47,175 nt of DNA, from NCBI GenBank assembly GCA_964525635.1, contig CAZGJX010000020.1, forward strand, positions 1 through 47,175, in the 5' to 3' direction. This stretch comes from an uncultured archaeon (GTDB lineage Archaea; Asgardarchaeota; Lokiarchaeia; Sigyniarchaeales; SOKP01). The notes beneath the pieces were generated by a model. It was not told the origin of the DNA. It saw nothing but the letters and a program-made list of their open reading frames with translations, and ran no database searches. Shown here piece by piece: positions 1 through 9,306 of the stretch (the stretch's first letter is position 1; every line of letters begins with the position of its first letter). The position numbers were made by a program, and so were the translations under genes.

Positions 1-130
1 CTACAAAAATAAGCAAAAAAAATGAAAAAGATTAAGAGTAAAATTTACTCAATTAATAATGAATCTTTCTCATAAGTTCAAAATCTAATTATTAAAATAT
101 AAAAATCCTCTTATCCTAATAATATCATAT

Positions 131-814
131 TTGTTAAATTTAAGAAATAAAAATATGTCTAACTCAAAAAATCTATCTGAAGATAATAATTTAAATCAAA
201 GTAAAAAGCATTCTACTGAGAAAAATTGGTATAGACTATTTTTGATATTGAATCTTATATTATTAATAATTTCTATAATAATTCCCTTAATTTTGGTAAA
301 TCTTAATCAAACAGGTAGTTGTCTTCATCATATAGAGGAGGAGGGGGGTTTCTCTTGGATTCTTGGTAGGGCTCTTGGTTTTAGTACACTGATTTGGTTT
401 ATTTTCTCAACATTTATTGGAGCCAAGACAAAAAAAATAGCAAAGTTATTTCATTCCTACCCAAAAGCTAAAAATTATCACTGTATAAGTGCTTTTATAA
501 CAAATATTTTATTTTTAATACATGTATTAGTATTACTCAATTCCGATCCTTGGGGACCTTTAATATTTGAAAGGGAATATAATCATATGCCCCCCGCATT
601 ATTTGCGATAAAAATCTGGACAGGAATTATATTTGGAATTGTTATGTTTTTATCATCATTTTTATTTTTATATCTCAAAGATGTCAAGAAATTGAAGAAA
701 TTTGGATATAAAAAGTTTATAAAAATTCATTATATTATGCTTATATTGACTATAGTACTAGCTATCCATATATTCTTCATAAATACAGAAATAATGATTA
801 TCTCTTGGGGTTAG
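131..814 (+). CDS. Ferric-reductase/cytochrome b-like transmembrane protein (true start perhaps ATG 155)
   Basis: About 5 hydrophobic helices with paired His in TM segments (YHCIS/IHVL and IHYI/IHIF), typical of di-heme TM domains. Confidence 0.55.
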   Translation: MLNLRNKNMSNSKNLSEDNNLNQSKKHSTEKNWYRLFLILNLILLIISIIIPLILVNLNQTGSCLHHIEEEGGFSWILGRALGFSTLIWFIFSTFIGAKTKKIAKLFHSYPKAKNYHCISAFITNILFLIHVLVLLNSDPWGPLIFEREYNHMPPALFAIKIWTGIIFGIVMFLSSFLFLYLKDVKKLKKFGYKKFIKIHYIMLILTIVLAIHIFFINTEIMIISWG

Positions 815-947
815 TTGAAGTCTAAAAAACCTTTAAAATAAATCGGAATCTCAATAATTTTCATAATACCAATATTCTATAAAATATAAAAATAAAAGGG
901 AAAGGAAAATTTAATAATTAATAGAATAATTCTCCAAAGTAATTTTT

Positions 948-1196
948 ATGAAAAAAATCGGATATATTATAATTTCATGCTTTATTCTTGTTTCAGCGTT
1001 ATCAGTTTTTGTTACTTTACAAAGTGGCAAAAGATTTGAGGATTATGATGATGATGATGATGACGACGATAATGGTGAGTATGAGAACTATATAAATTTC
1101 GAAAATAAGATTATTCAAGATTACTTTTTAAATAGAATCTTTATTAAAGGATATTTCCCTATTTTGTTAAATCCTATAAAGAATTTGATTATATGA
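948..1196 (+). CDS. Small membrane-anchored protein with poly-Asp tract
   Basis: MKK + hydrophobic helix, then EDYDDDDDDDDNGEYE. Confidence 0.5.
   Translation: MKKIGYIIISCFILVSALSVFVTLQSGKRFEDYDDDDDDDDNGEYENYINFENKIIQDYFLNRIFIKGYFPILLNPIKNLII
1041..1070 (+). repeat. GAT/GAC trinucleotide repeat encoding poly-Asp
   Basis: gattatgatgatgatgatgatgacgacgat seen directly. Confidence 0.8.
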
Positions 1197-1442
1197 ATTA
1201 AATTATAATGGTAATATAATAGAAACTGCCTATTATTGCTAATTTTTATAAATATATGCAAAATTTTAAATTATAAAATCTTATCTTTATTTCATTTTTT
1301 TAAGTTCTTAATTTCAAATAATCCAATTTCCTTTTTTAGCTAAAACATCTTTATGATTGAGTAAAAAGTTATGTATAAGAAAATAATTAATATTGATATA
1401 ATTGAAATGTAATCTATTTGCATTCTATAATTAATATCTTTA

Positions 1443-3017
1443 TTAGACTTTAGATTCTTGAATTTTCCTTAAAAAAAATATTTTACCAAATAAATCAAGA
1501 TCTCTAGGAATGCAGGAAATAACGAGTGAACGTTTTAAATTTATATCTCTAATAACAATATCATAATTTTTTTGAAATTTCTTATAATATATCGAAATTG
1601 TATTAATTGATTTTTTCTCAAAAATAATTTTACCAAATAATTTCTTTAAAATTATTCTTCTATCAGTAATAATGTAAGTATTGTTACTTTCCCATTTATT
1701 ATGATAATTTTTTGTAGAAGGATAAACACATAAATCTATAATAAGACAAAAACCACCCAATATTGTTAATATCTCTGATATAGATTCTGATTTAAATATG
1801 TCAAATCCAATGGAAATAAAACAAAATAATGCAAGAAAGAATATTGTTATCATAATAATTACATCAAAATATCCCTTAAGTATATTTAAGTTCAATTTAT
1901 GAAATGCGATAATTTTTTCATCAATATCAAAAATATTACTAAATTCTAACATCAAATTTCTATCAATAGAAATTTCATCAAATGTTTGAATTTGAACTGG
2001 TTTAAGATCATAATAGTGTGATTTCCTTCTCTTATAAGATATTTTAACAATTTCAATCTCTTGTTTATTGATTTTTAATTTCTCCAAGTCTTTCTGAGAA
2101 AAAAGAAATCCATTTTGTTTTTTCCATTCAAGAAAATAATACATTATTAAATTATACCATTGAATAGTATTATCAATTGGTCCAAAACCAATATATTTAC
2201 GAAGATTATTTGATGATATTATATTAAATCCATCGAAATTTTCAAATCTTGATAATCCAATACTTCTTACAAGATTACGATCAATCTTAACTAATTCGAT
2301 TTGAAAGTCAGAATTGAATTCAATGAATTCTGTATTTATCACTCCTAATATAGTTAATCCTTTTTCTTCTAATTTGATTGAAATATAATTATTTAAAGAA
2401 TATTTTTTTAAATATTTTAATTCATTCAATATCGTAGGAATTATAGCAATAATAGGAATGATTAATATTAATAGAATTATAAATAGAAATGCATTGTATT
2501 TGAGATAATTAAAACACAAGTAAAATAATAATAGAAGGATTAATTCAAATATAATACCCGTTATAGGAAGTAATTTTTTCTTTTTTGAAATATAATTTAA
2601 CCTTTCATTTGAAAGATTAATTTTGATTGGTTTTTCAAGATTAAATAATTTTTGAAATTTATTTGAATTATCTCTGAAATTACTGTAATTATAAATAATG
2701 GTGTCAAATAATTTTCTAAAATAATTAAAATCAGAAATCTCTATTCTAAATTCACTAATTTTTAAATAAGGTTTGTATATTATTTCTAATATACAATTAT
2801 GTTCTTTATAAAAACGATATCTCATAATAGAATTATATTCAATCCTATAGTTTAACTCTGATTTTCTAGCGCCTTCACTAACATCTTTATAAACTTGATA
2901 ATAAATGGCTTTATTTGTAAGAAGAATATATTTATTATTTCTATAATTAGAACAATAATAAATCGTTTCCTCATTAGGAATATATTTTAATAGAATTTCA
3001 GGAAATGATTGCATCAA
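1443..3017 (-). CDS. Membrane protein with repeated PH-like (bPH) domains
   Basis: Two TM hairpins; YILLTNKAIY and YIITDRRII motifs resemble bacterial PH domains. Confidence 0.45.
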   Translation of the reverse strand: MMQSFPEILLKYIPNEETIYYCSNYRNNKYILLTNKAIYYQVYKDVSEGARKSELNYRIEYNSIMRYRFYKEHNCILEIIYKPYLKISEFRIEISDFNYFRKLFDTIIYNYSNFRDNSNKFQKLFNLEKPIKINLSNERLNYISKKKKLLPITGIIFELILLLLFYLCFNYLKYNAFLFIILLILIIPIIAIIPTILNELKYLKKYSLNNYISIKLEEKGLTILGVINTEFIEFNSDFQIELVKIDRNLVRSIGLSRFENFDGFNIISSNNLRKYIGFGPIDNTIQWYNLIMYYFLEWKKQNGFLFSQKDLEKLKINKQEIEIVKISYKRRKSHYYDLKPVQIQTFDEISIDRNLMLEFSNIFDIDEKIIAFHKLNLNILKGYFDVIIMITIFFLALFCFISIGFDIFKSESISEILTILGGFCLIIDLCVYPSTKNYHNKWESNNTYIITDRRIILKKLFGKIIFEKKSINTISIYYKKFQKNYDIVIRDINLKRSLVISCIPRDLDLFGKIFFLRKIQESKV

Positions 3018-3241
3018 TTTGATATTTTTTTTTTAGTATTTCAAATCAAATCTAAAATATAAAAGAATTATTGATATTTATACTAATTCAATTAGAGTTC
3101 AGAAAATTATTGATGTTATTTATCAATAATCTATTTTCATTTTATAATTAATAACCTTAATATAGTTTTCCAGATAATTATAATAAATATATTTCTTTAA
3201 ATGATAAATTAATCATCATAAAAAATCTAAGTGTGATTTTT

Positions 3242-4543
3242 ATGGGTTTTCGCGAATATATAAAAAAGATAGAAGAAGAAGATATACTTCGAAAAGTAGA
3301 TATTGAAGTATCAAAACATTTAGAAATTTCGGGCATTCTAAAAGAACTGGAGCCTACTCCTGTAATTTTTAGTAAAATTAAAGATAATAATTATCGACTA
3401 ATAGGTAATCTATTTTGTACAAAACAATCAATTGCATCATATTTTAATGCTACTCCATCAGATTTAATACCAATGTTAACAAGCGCAATTGAAAATCATT
3501 CTGAACCTGAAGTTATAAATAATGCACCATGTCAAGAAATCGTACAATCCGAAGTTAATTTAGAAACACTACCAATACTATTTCATTGTGAAAAAGATGG
3601 AGGACCATATATTAGTTCTGCTGTTGTTGTAACACGAGATCCTGATTATGGCCAAAATTTAGATTTTCATAGAGCAATGCAATTTTCAAAAACTCAATTT
3701 GCAACTCGAATCGTTAGGGGTCGAGATTTTCATAAATTTTTAGAAAAAAATGGAGAGCTTGATGTTGCTTATTGTATAGGTAATACTCCAAATATTCTTA
3801 TAGCAGCAGCAACATCAGTGGATACTGGTATTAATGAGTTGCGTATTGCTAACGCACTTGAACCTATTCAAGTAACAAAAGCTAATTCAGTTGATTTATT
3901 AATACCAGCAGATAGCGAATTTGTGATAGAAGGTCGTGTATATTTAGAGGAAAAACATGCAGAAGGTCCTTTTGTTGATCTAACTGAAACATACGATATG
4001 ATAAGAGAAGAACCTATATTTGAGGTCAAGAAGATAACACATAAAAAGGATGCGATTTGGCAAGCTCTTCTTCCAGGTGCACTCGAACATAAAATATTAA
4101 TGGGTATGCCTCGAGAACCGACTATATTTAAAAAGGTAAATGAAAAAGATGTCAAATGTTTAGATGTAAATATAAATCCTGGAGGATGTTCATGGCTCCA
4201 TGCAATTGTTCAAATTGATAAGAGAAGCGATTCAGATGGTAAAAAGGCCATAGAAGGAGCTTTTGAAGGTCATAGAAGCTGTAAACATGTTTTCATTGTT
4301 GATAAAGATATAGATATTTATGATCCTCTTTCGGTAGAATGGGCAATGGCAACACGGTTTCAAGGGGATATCAATATGATAGTTAAGGATAAAGAACCTG
4401 GAAGCAGTTTAGATCCAAGTGCTGAACCAGGTACAAAATTAACAACAAAAATAGGATTTGATTTGACTGCGCCATTAGTTGTTAAAGGTAAAAGTTTTAG
4501 AAAAGCAGAGTTTCCAAAAGTGGATATAAATAAATATTTTTAA
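3242..4543 (+). CDS. UbiD-family decarboxylase, likely trans-anhydromevalonate 5-phosphate decarboxylase (AMPD)
   Basis: DGGPYI, EGPFVD, VDKDIDIYD..VEWAMATR and SSLDPS UbiD motifs; adjacent to PMDh subunits; SD-like GTGTGA before ATG 3242. Confidence 0.88.
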   Translation: MGFREYIKKIEEEDILRKVDIEVSKHLEISGILKELEPTPVIFSKIKDNNYRLIGNLFCTKQSIASYFNATPSDLIPMLTSAIENHSEPEVINNAPCQEIVQSEVNLETLPILFHCEKDGGPYISSAVVVTRDPDYGQNLDFHRAMQFSKTQFATRIVRGRDFHKFLEKNGELDVAYCIGNTPNILIAAATSVDTGINELRIANALEPIQVTKANSVDLLIPADSEFVIEGRVYLEEKHAEGPFVDLTETYDMIREEPIFEVKKITHKKDAIWQALLPGALEHKILMGMPREPTIFKKVNEKDVKCLDVNINPGGCSWLHAIVQIDKRSDSDGKKAIEGAFEGHRSCKHVFIVDKDIDIYDPLSVEWAMATRFQGDINMIVKDKEPGSSLDPSAEPGTKLTTKIGFDLTAPLVVKGKSFRKAEFPKVDINKYF

Positions 4544-4561
4544 TATAAAGGAGTTGATTAT

Positions 4562-5755
4562 ATGGACTTAACATCTGAAGAAAAAGATATGTTGGATGGT
4601 AAATATGGAAAAGCAACACAAAAATCTATGGAAATTTTAGCTACATTAGGAGATATTTATGAAGCAAAACGAATGATTGATGTTGAAAGTGTACAAATTT
4701 CAGGTGTATCATATGCAAACCTCAATGAAGCAGGATTAGATTTTCTTAGTGAAATGGCAATAGATGGTAAGACAAGAGTTCTTACTACATTAAATCCAGC
4801 TGGTATGGATCGTGATAATTGGCAAGCATTAGGAATTGAAGAAAGCTTTGCTATCAATCAAAATAGGGTTATAGATGCTTTTGCTAAAATGGAGGTAATT
4901 ACCACTTGTACATGTACACCTTATTTAATTGGCAACCTTCCTCATTACGGTCAACATGTCGCATGGGCAGAAAGTAGTGCTGTTTGTTTTTGTAATTCTG
5001 TTATTGGCGCTTTAACTAACCGTGAGGGAGGTCCAAGTGCTTTAGCTTCCGCATTAACTGGAAAAACACCAGAATATGGTTATCATTTAGAAGAAAACAG
5101 ACATGGTGAAGCTTTATTTGAAATAAAAGCAAAAATAAATGGAACTGATCAATTTGGAGTTCTTGGTAAAATAATTGGTGATAAATTAGGTGAACTTAAG
5201 AAAAAAATACCTTATATCACTGGAATTCCATCTGCAACTGTAGAAGAATTAAAATCATTCTGTGCCTCAGTGGCAACTTATGGAGGGACAGCTTTATTTC
5301 ATATGGAAGGGATAACGCCTGAATCACTAAAATATCCGAAACCGACTGACCCAAAAATAGAAATTAATGAAAAAAATATAGAAAAAACTCGAGCTGAATT
5401 AATTGATGAAGATATTGAAGTTGATTTTGTGAGTATAGGATGTCCTCATGCCTCTATTGCCGAAATAGCAAAAGTAGCTAAATTATTAGAAGGAAAAAAA
5501 GTTACTAAGGAGTTTTGGATTACAACTGGTCGCCCTACAAAGAAAATAGCGGATGAGGCGGGTTATACCAAAATTATTGAAGAAGCGGGCGCTAAATTTG
5601 CTGCAGATACTTGTTGTGTTGTAGCACCAATAAAAGGTAGATTCAAAGGAATTGTAGTAGATTCTGCAAAAGCATGCTATTATGGTAGAGCTAAAAATAA
5701 ATTTAAAGTAAAGATAGCTTCAATCGAAGATTGTGTTAAGGAGGCGATAATATAA
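4562..5755 (+). CDS. Phosphomevalonate dehydratase large subunit (aconitase X catalytic subunit)
   Basis: CTCTPY, WAESSA, NREGGPSAL, GCPHAS and DTCCVV AcnX motifs; operon context. Confidence 0.9.
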   Translation: MDLTSEEKDMLDGKYGKATQKSMEILATLGDIYEAKRMIDVESVQISGVSYANLNEAGLDFLSEMAIDGKTRVLTTLNPAGMDRDNWQALGIEESFAINQNRVIDAFAKMEVITTCTCTPYLIGNLPHYGQHVAWAESSAVCFCNSVIGALTNREGGPSALASALTGKTPEYGYHLEENRHGEALFEIKAKINGTDQFGVLGKIIGDKLGELKKKIPYITGIPSATVEELKSFCASVATYGGTALFHMEGITPESLKYPKPTDPKIEINEKNIEKTRAELIDEDIEVDFVSIGCPHASIAEIAKVAKLLEGKKVTKEFWITTGRPTKKIADEAGYTKIIEEAGAKFAADTCCVVAPIKGRFKGIVVDSAKACYYGRAKNKFKVKIASIEDCVKEAII

Positions 5756-5756
5756 A

Positions 5757-6149
5757 ATGAAATTAGAAGGAAGAAAAATCTATAAAGGAATTACCAGTGG
5801 TGAAGCTATTGTTACCTCTCAAGGAATTTCTTTCTTTGGAGGTGTTGATCCTATAACTGGAGAAGTCACAGAAAAAGGTCATGAATTAGAAGGTAAATCT
5901 GTCTCTGGGAAGGTCTTGGTTTTTTCCACAGGTAAAGGATCAACCGTTGGATCTTATACTATGTATCAAATGAAAAAAGGAAATAAGGCTCCAGTAGCTA
6001 TAATAAATGAAACTATTGATACTATTATAGCTGTGGGTTGCATAATTAGTGAAATTCCATGTGTAGATAAAATAGATATTAGTCTAATCAAAACAGGACA
6101 AAAAATTACTGTAAATGGAACAGAAGGAACAATTGAAATTGAAGAATAG
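5757..6149 (+). CDS. Phosphomevalonate dehydratase small subunit (AcnX swivel, DUF126)
   Basis: SFFGGVDP..G and GKGSTVGSY motifs. Confidence 0.9.
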   Translation: MKLEGRKIYKGITSGEAIVTSQGISFFGGVDPITGEVTEKGHELEGKSVSGKVLVFSTGKGSTVGSYTMYQMKKGNKAPVAIINETIDTIIAVGCIISEIPCVDKIDISLIKTGQKITVNGTEGTIEIEE

Positions 6150-6439
6150 TAAATATTAATTTATTTTATAAAAAAATATTTTTTAACATTTCTTTTTTTT
6201 ATTTCTTTTCTCTTACTTAAATAATAAATAAGAAACTCATATTAGTTTTTAATAAGTATTATTATAATTTTTTTTTATAAATAAAATATTATCTATAGCT
6301 ATTGAAATTCCCAATTTATAATTAAATAAATTACTAAACTCTTTTTAAATAAATTTTAAAATAATATAATAACTGCAATGAACTTTAAAGATAAGCTAAA
6401 CTTGGAAGAATATCAAAATTCTCTTTATCCATTCAAACT

Positions 6440-8146
6440 ATGAAAAGAAATTATAATAAGCAAAAGGATCTTTTAGAATTCTGTCAATTAGTAATGAGAT
6501 CTGTATATAATAAATTAAATACTAAAAATAATTTTAATAAGAAAAGAATTTTAGATTTATTTTTATCTAATGAAACATCTGAGGATTTATTCAGAGATTC
6601 TGGGTTAATAGAGGAGATTAGGACAAGAATCCAAGCTAAAAGATGTTTGCAAGTAATTTCCTTGGCTTTAATTAATTCATTTAACTATATAAATCTGAAA
6701 AAAAATTTAATAATACTTACAAATTTATTATCATCAAGAGTTTTAGATATAATAAAGACATATATACCACTTTTAAATGAAATTGATCAAGATTTGGAGA
6801 TTTCAAAATGGTTACCCAGAAGAAATCTTCCAAAAAAAATATTGGTAAATAAAAAGGTAAAAAAATGTAATAAATGTCTAAATTTATTACCAATTGATAA
6901 ATTTGAAAGAAAACATGGGAAAAGAGGAGAAAATGAAGGTATATCAAGTCATTGTTCAATTTGTAAAGAATGCAGAATTGAAAAAAGATTAATCAATCTA
7001 CTAAAGAAAAAATTAAAACTTATTTTAGAGTTATTTGATGGTAAATGTTATGAATGTGGTGTAGGTCTAGAATATATTGCTTCATTTGAGTTTCATCATC
7101 ATAATCCTAAAATTAAAAAAAATAGCTGGAATAAAGTAAAATTTAGGAGCTATGATTTCATTAGAAATTGGGCAATAAAAGAAGAAGTTGTACCTTTATG
7201 TGGAAATTGTCATTCGATGAAAAAAGCTTCTATATTCAATGATTTTAAAAATATTATTACTTTAAAAAATATTTTTAGCAAAAATGCAGAAGAAATAGAT
7301 TATTTAGTAAAAAAAGCAATTAATGATCATCCTAATTATATTCATCTTAAAGATTATAAAAGAACAATAAAAATCCAAATCAAGAAATATTTAAAAAAAA
7401 GATATATTTATACAAAACTATTTAAAGGGCGTTGTATAGCTTGTGAAGAAATAGTGATTAACGATTTCCTTCCAGCATTAGAACTACATCATCGAAAACA
7501 CCAAAATAATGAAAAGAAGTCAACTTGGCGTGAAATATCTTATGAAAATTGTAAAAATATTTCTTTCATAATTAGAATGGAGAATTGTATATGTCTTTGT
7601 ACTAATTGTCATAAATTAGTGAGATCCAAATTAAATATTCATATAGATAATATACTGAGAGAACTTAGACTTCCAAGAGATTTAAGTATTAATATAATAA
7701 ATAGATATAAATCTTTAATGAAAAAAATAAATGATTTTTTAATTCCCTATGATATTGATAATCCTAAATCTTGTTTAGAATTAGATTTTTCTTATCCATA
7801 TGATATTTGGAAAATCAGACTATTTCAATTATATAATTATACAATAAACAAAAAATCCAATATTTTTAGCATTAATGAATTGACAGAAATATTTGGATTT
7901 ATAAGAAAAAAAGTTAAATATAACATAGATCGGTTTAAATCGTTTAATTATGTGAAAGAATTTGAATTAAATGATTTGAATAAAGATAATGGAACTAAAA
8001 TTCAAAAATATTATTATATTACGGAGTTAGGTTTATTGAAAGCTCGAGATATTGAGAAAAATCATCCTGATATTACTAAAGAATTGAAATTAAATCTTTT
8101 AAGTATTGAAAAATATATAAAAAAACAAAAAAAATGGATTTTATAG
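6440..8146 (+). CDS. Free-standing protein with Zn finger, two tandem HNH-like modules and a C-terminal winged-helix-like region (putative endonuclease)
   Basis: CNKC..CKEC; repeated FxGxCxxC...EFHH/ELHH...LCxNCH; C-terminal YYITELG. Confidence 0.65.
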   Translation: MKRNYNKQKDLLEFCQLVMRSVYNKLNTKNNFNKKRILDLFLSNETSEDLFRDSGLIEEIRTRIQAKRCLQVISLALINSFNYINLKKNLIILTNLLSSRVLDIIKTYIPLLNEIDQDLEISKWLPRRNLPKKILVNKKVKKCNKCLNLLPIDKFERKHGKRGENEGISSHCSICKECRIEKRLINLLKKKLKLILELFDGKCYECGVGLEYIASFEFHHHNPKIKKNSWNKVKFRSYDFIRNWAIKEEVVPLCGNCHSMKKASIFNDFKNIITLKNIFSKNAEEIDYLVKKAINDHPNYIHLKDYKRTIKIQIKKYLKKRYIYTKLFKGRCIACEEIVINDFLPALELHHRKHQNNEKKSTWREISYENCKNISFIIRMENCICLCTNCHKLVRSKLNIHIDNILRELRLPRDLSINIINRYKSLMKKINDFLIPYDIDNPKSCLELDFSYPYDIWKIRLFQLYNYTINKKSNIFSINELTEIFGFIRKKVKYNIDRFKSFNYVKEFELNDLNKDNGTKIQKYYYITELGLLKARDIEKNHPDITKELKLNLLSIEKYIKKQKKWIL

Positions 8147-8250
8147 ATTTTTTATTTAATCAATAGAAAAAAAAAGATTTTCTAAAAAAGATCAAACTTT
8201 TTAGAAATCATTTATTAAATCCATCAAAATATCATTAAATAGGAGTGACA

Positions 8251-9229
8251 ATGAGTAATAAGAAAGGTTTTGGAAAAGGTTATGGTAAGACTATACTTTT
8301 TGGCGAGATTTATTTCTAATTTCGGAAATAAACGCAATCATTTTGTAGTTTATGGTCTTCCTGCGATTGCTTCTGCTTTAGGATCTTACACAACTGCAGA
8401 AGTTAAAGTTATAGAGGGTCAAGGCTGGAAAGTGAACGATAATAGACCAGCAACTCCAGGATATAAAAAGCAAAAATTCAATGAAGCTCAGCAATCAATT
8501 AAAAATGTTATAGAATTTCTAAATATAGCCACAGATAATCAACAATTAGAGTTAACTTTTGCTGGAGATCTCTATGCAGCAAGTGGAGTTGGAGCCTCAG
8601 CTGCCCAATGTACATCTTTAGCTCGTGCGATCAATGATGAATTCAGTCTTGGTTTAGATGATGAAAAAATAAATGAAGCTGCTTATGAAGGAGAAAAAGG
8701 GTATCATGGAACACCTTCAGGAATTGATAATACAGCATCCACTTATGGAGGTTTAATTTGGTTTGAGAAAAATCTCAGTGGTGGTAAAAATACAATTGAA
8801 AGACTTCAATCAAAAGAAAAAATGTACTTAGTCATAGGAAATACCGAGCTAACTGCTTCAACAACTGAAGTTGTAGGTGATGTGAAGAAATTAAAAGAGG
8901 AAAATCCAGAAAAGTTTGAAAATATATTCAATGCTTACAAAGATTTAGTTCGTAAAGCCAGGAATGCTTTAATTGATAGTGATGTTATTACGATTGGAAA
9001 ACTAATGAATGAAAATCATAAATTACTTCAAGAAATTACCGTTTCAGGAGAAGTTAATGATTTATTAGTTAAAATTGCACGGGATTGTGGCGCATTAGGT
9101 GCTAAAATGACAGGAACAGGTCGTGGCGGATTAGTGATTGCTTTAGCTCAAGATGAAACTATGCAAGAGAAGATATATAATGCGATCCAAGAAAAGGGTT
9201 ATATGGCTTGGAAAACTACAATTGGATAA
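8251..9229 (+). CDS. mvk: Mevalonate kinase interrupted by a 31-nt insert (join 8251..8307, 8339..9229; 315 aa)
   Basis: SD AGGAGTGA + ATG 8251 gives MSNKKGFGKGYGKTILFGE; after the insert HFVVYGLPAIA; GHMP motifs SGVGASAA, HGTPSGIDN and GAKMTGTGRGG. Confidence 0.9.
8308..8338 (+). other. Putative archaeal bulge-helix-bulge intron in mvk mRNA
   Basis: Contains in-frame TAA; internal 8-bp stem TTTATTTC/GAAATAAA; BHB cut sites coincide with the only 31-nt excision giving GEH. Confidence 0.75.
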
Positions 9230-9306
9230 TACGTAAATTATTTAAAAATCATTAATTTGCTAAATTAACAATTTTTCTTTTTTGATTATTAAGTCTAATG
9301 ATTTAA

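Noticed and set aside
8270-8338. ORF-track N-terminus MEKVMVRLYFLARFISNFGNKRN for mvk
   Set aside because: It lacks the conserved GKxILFGE motif, which is in another frame behind a good SD and ATG 8251.
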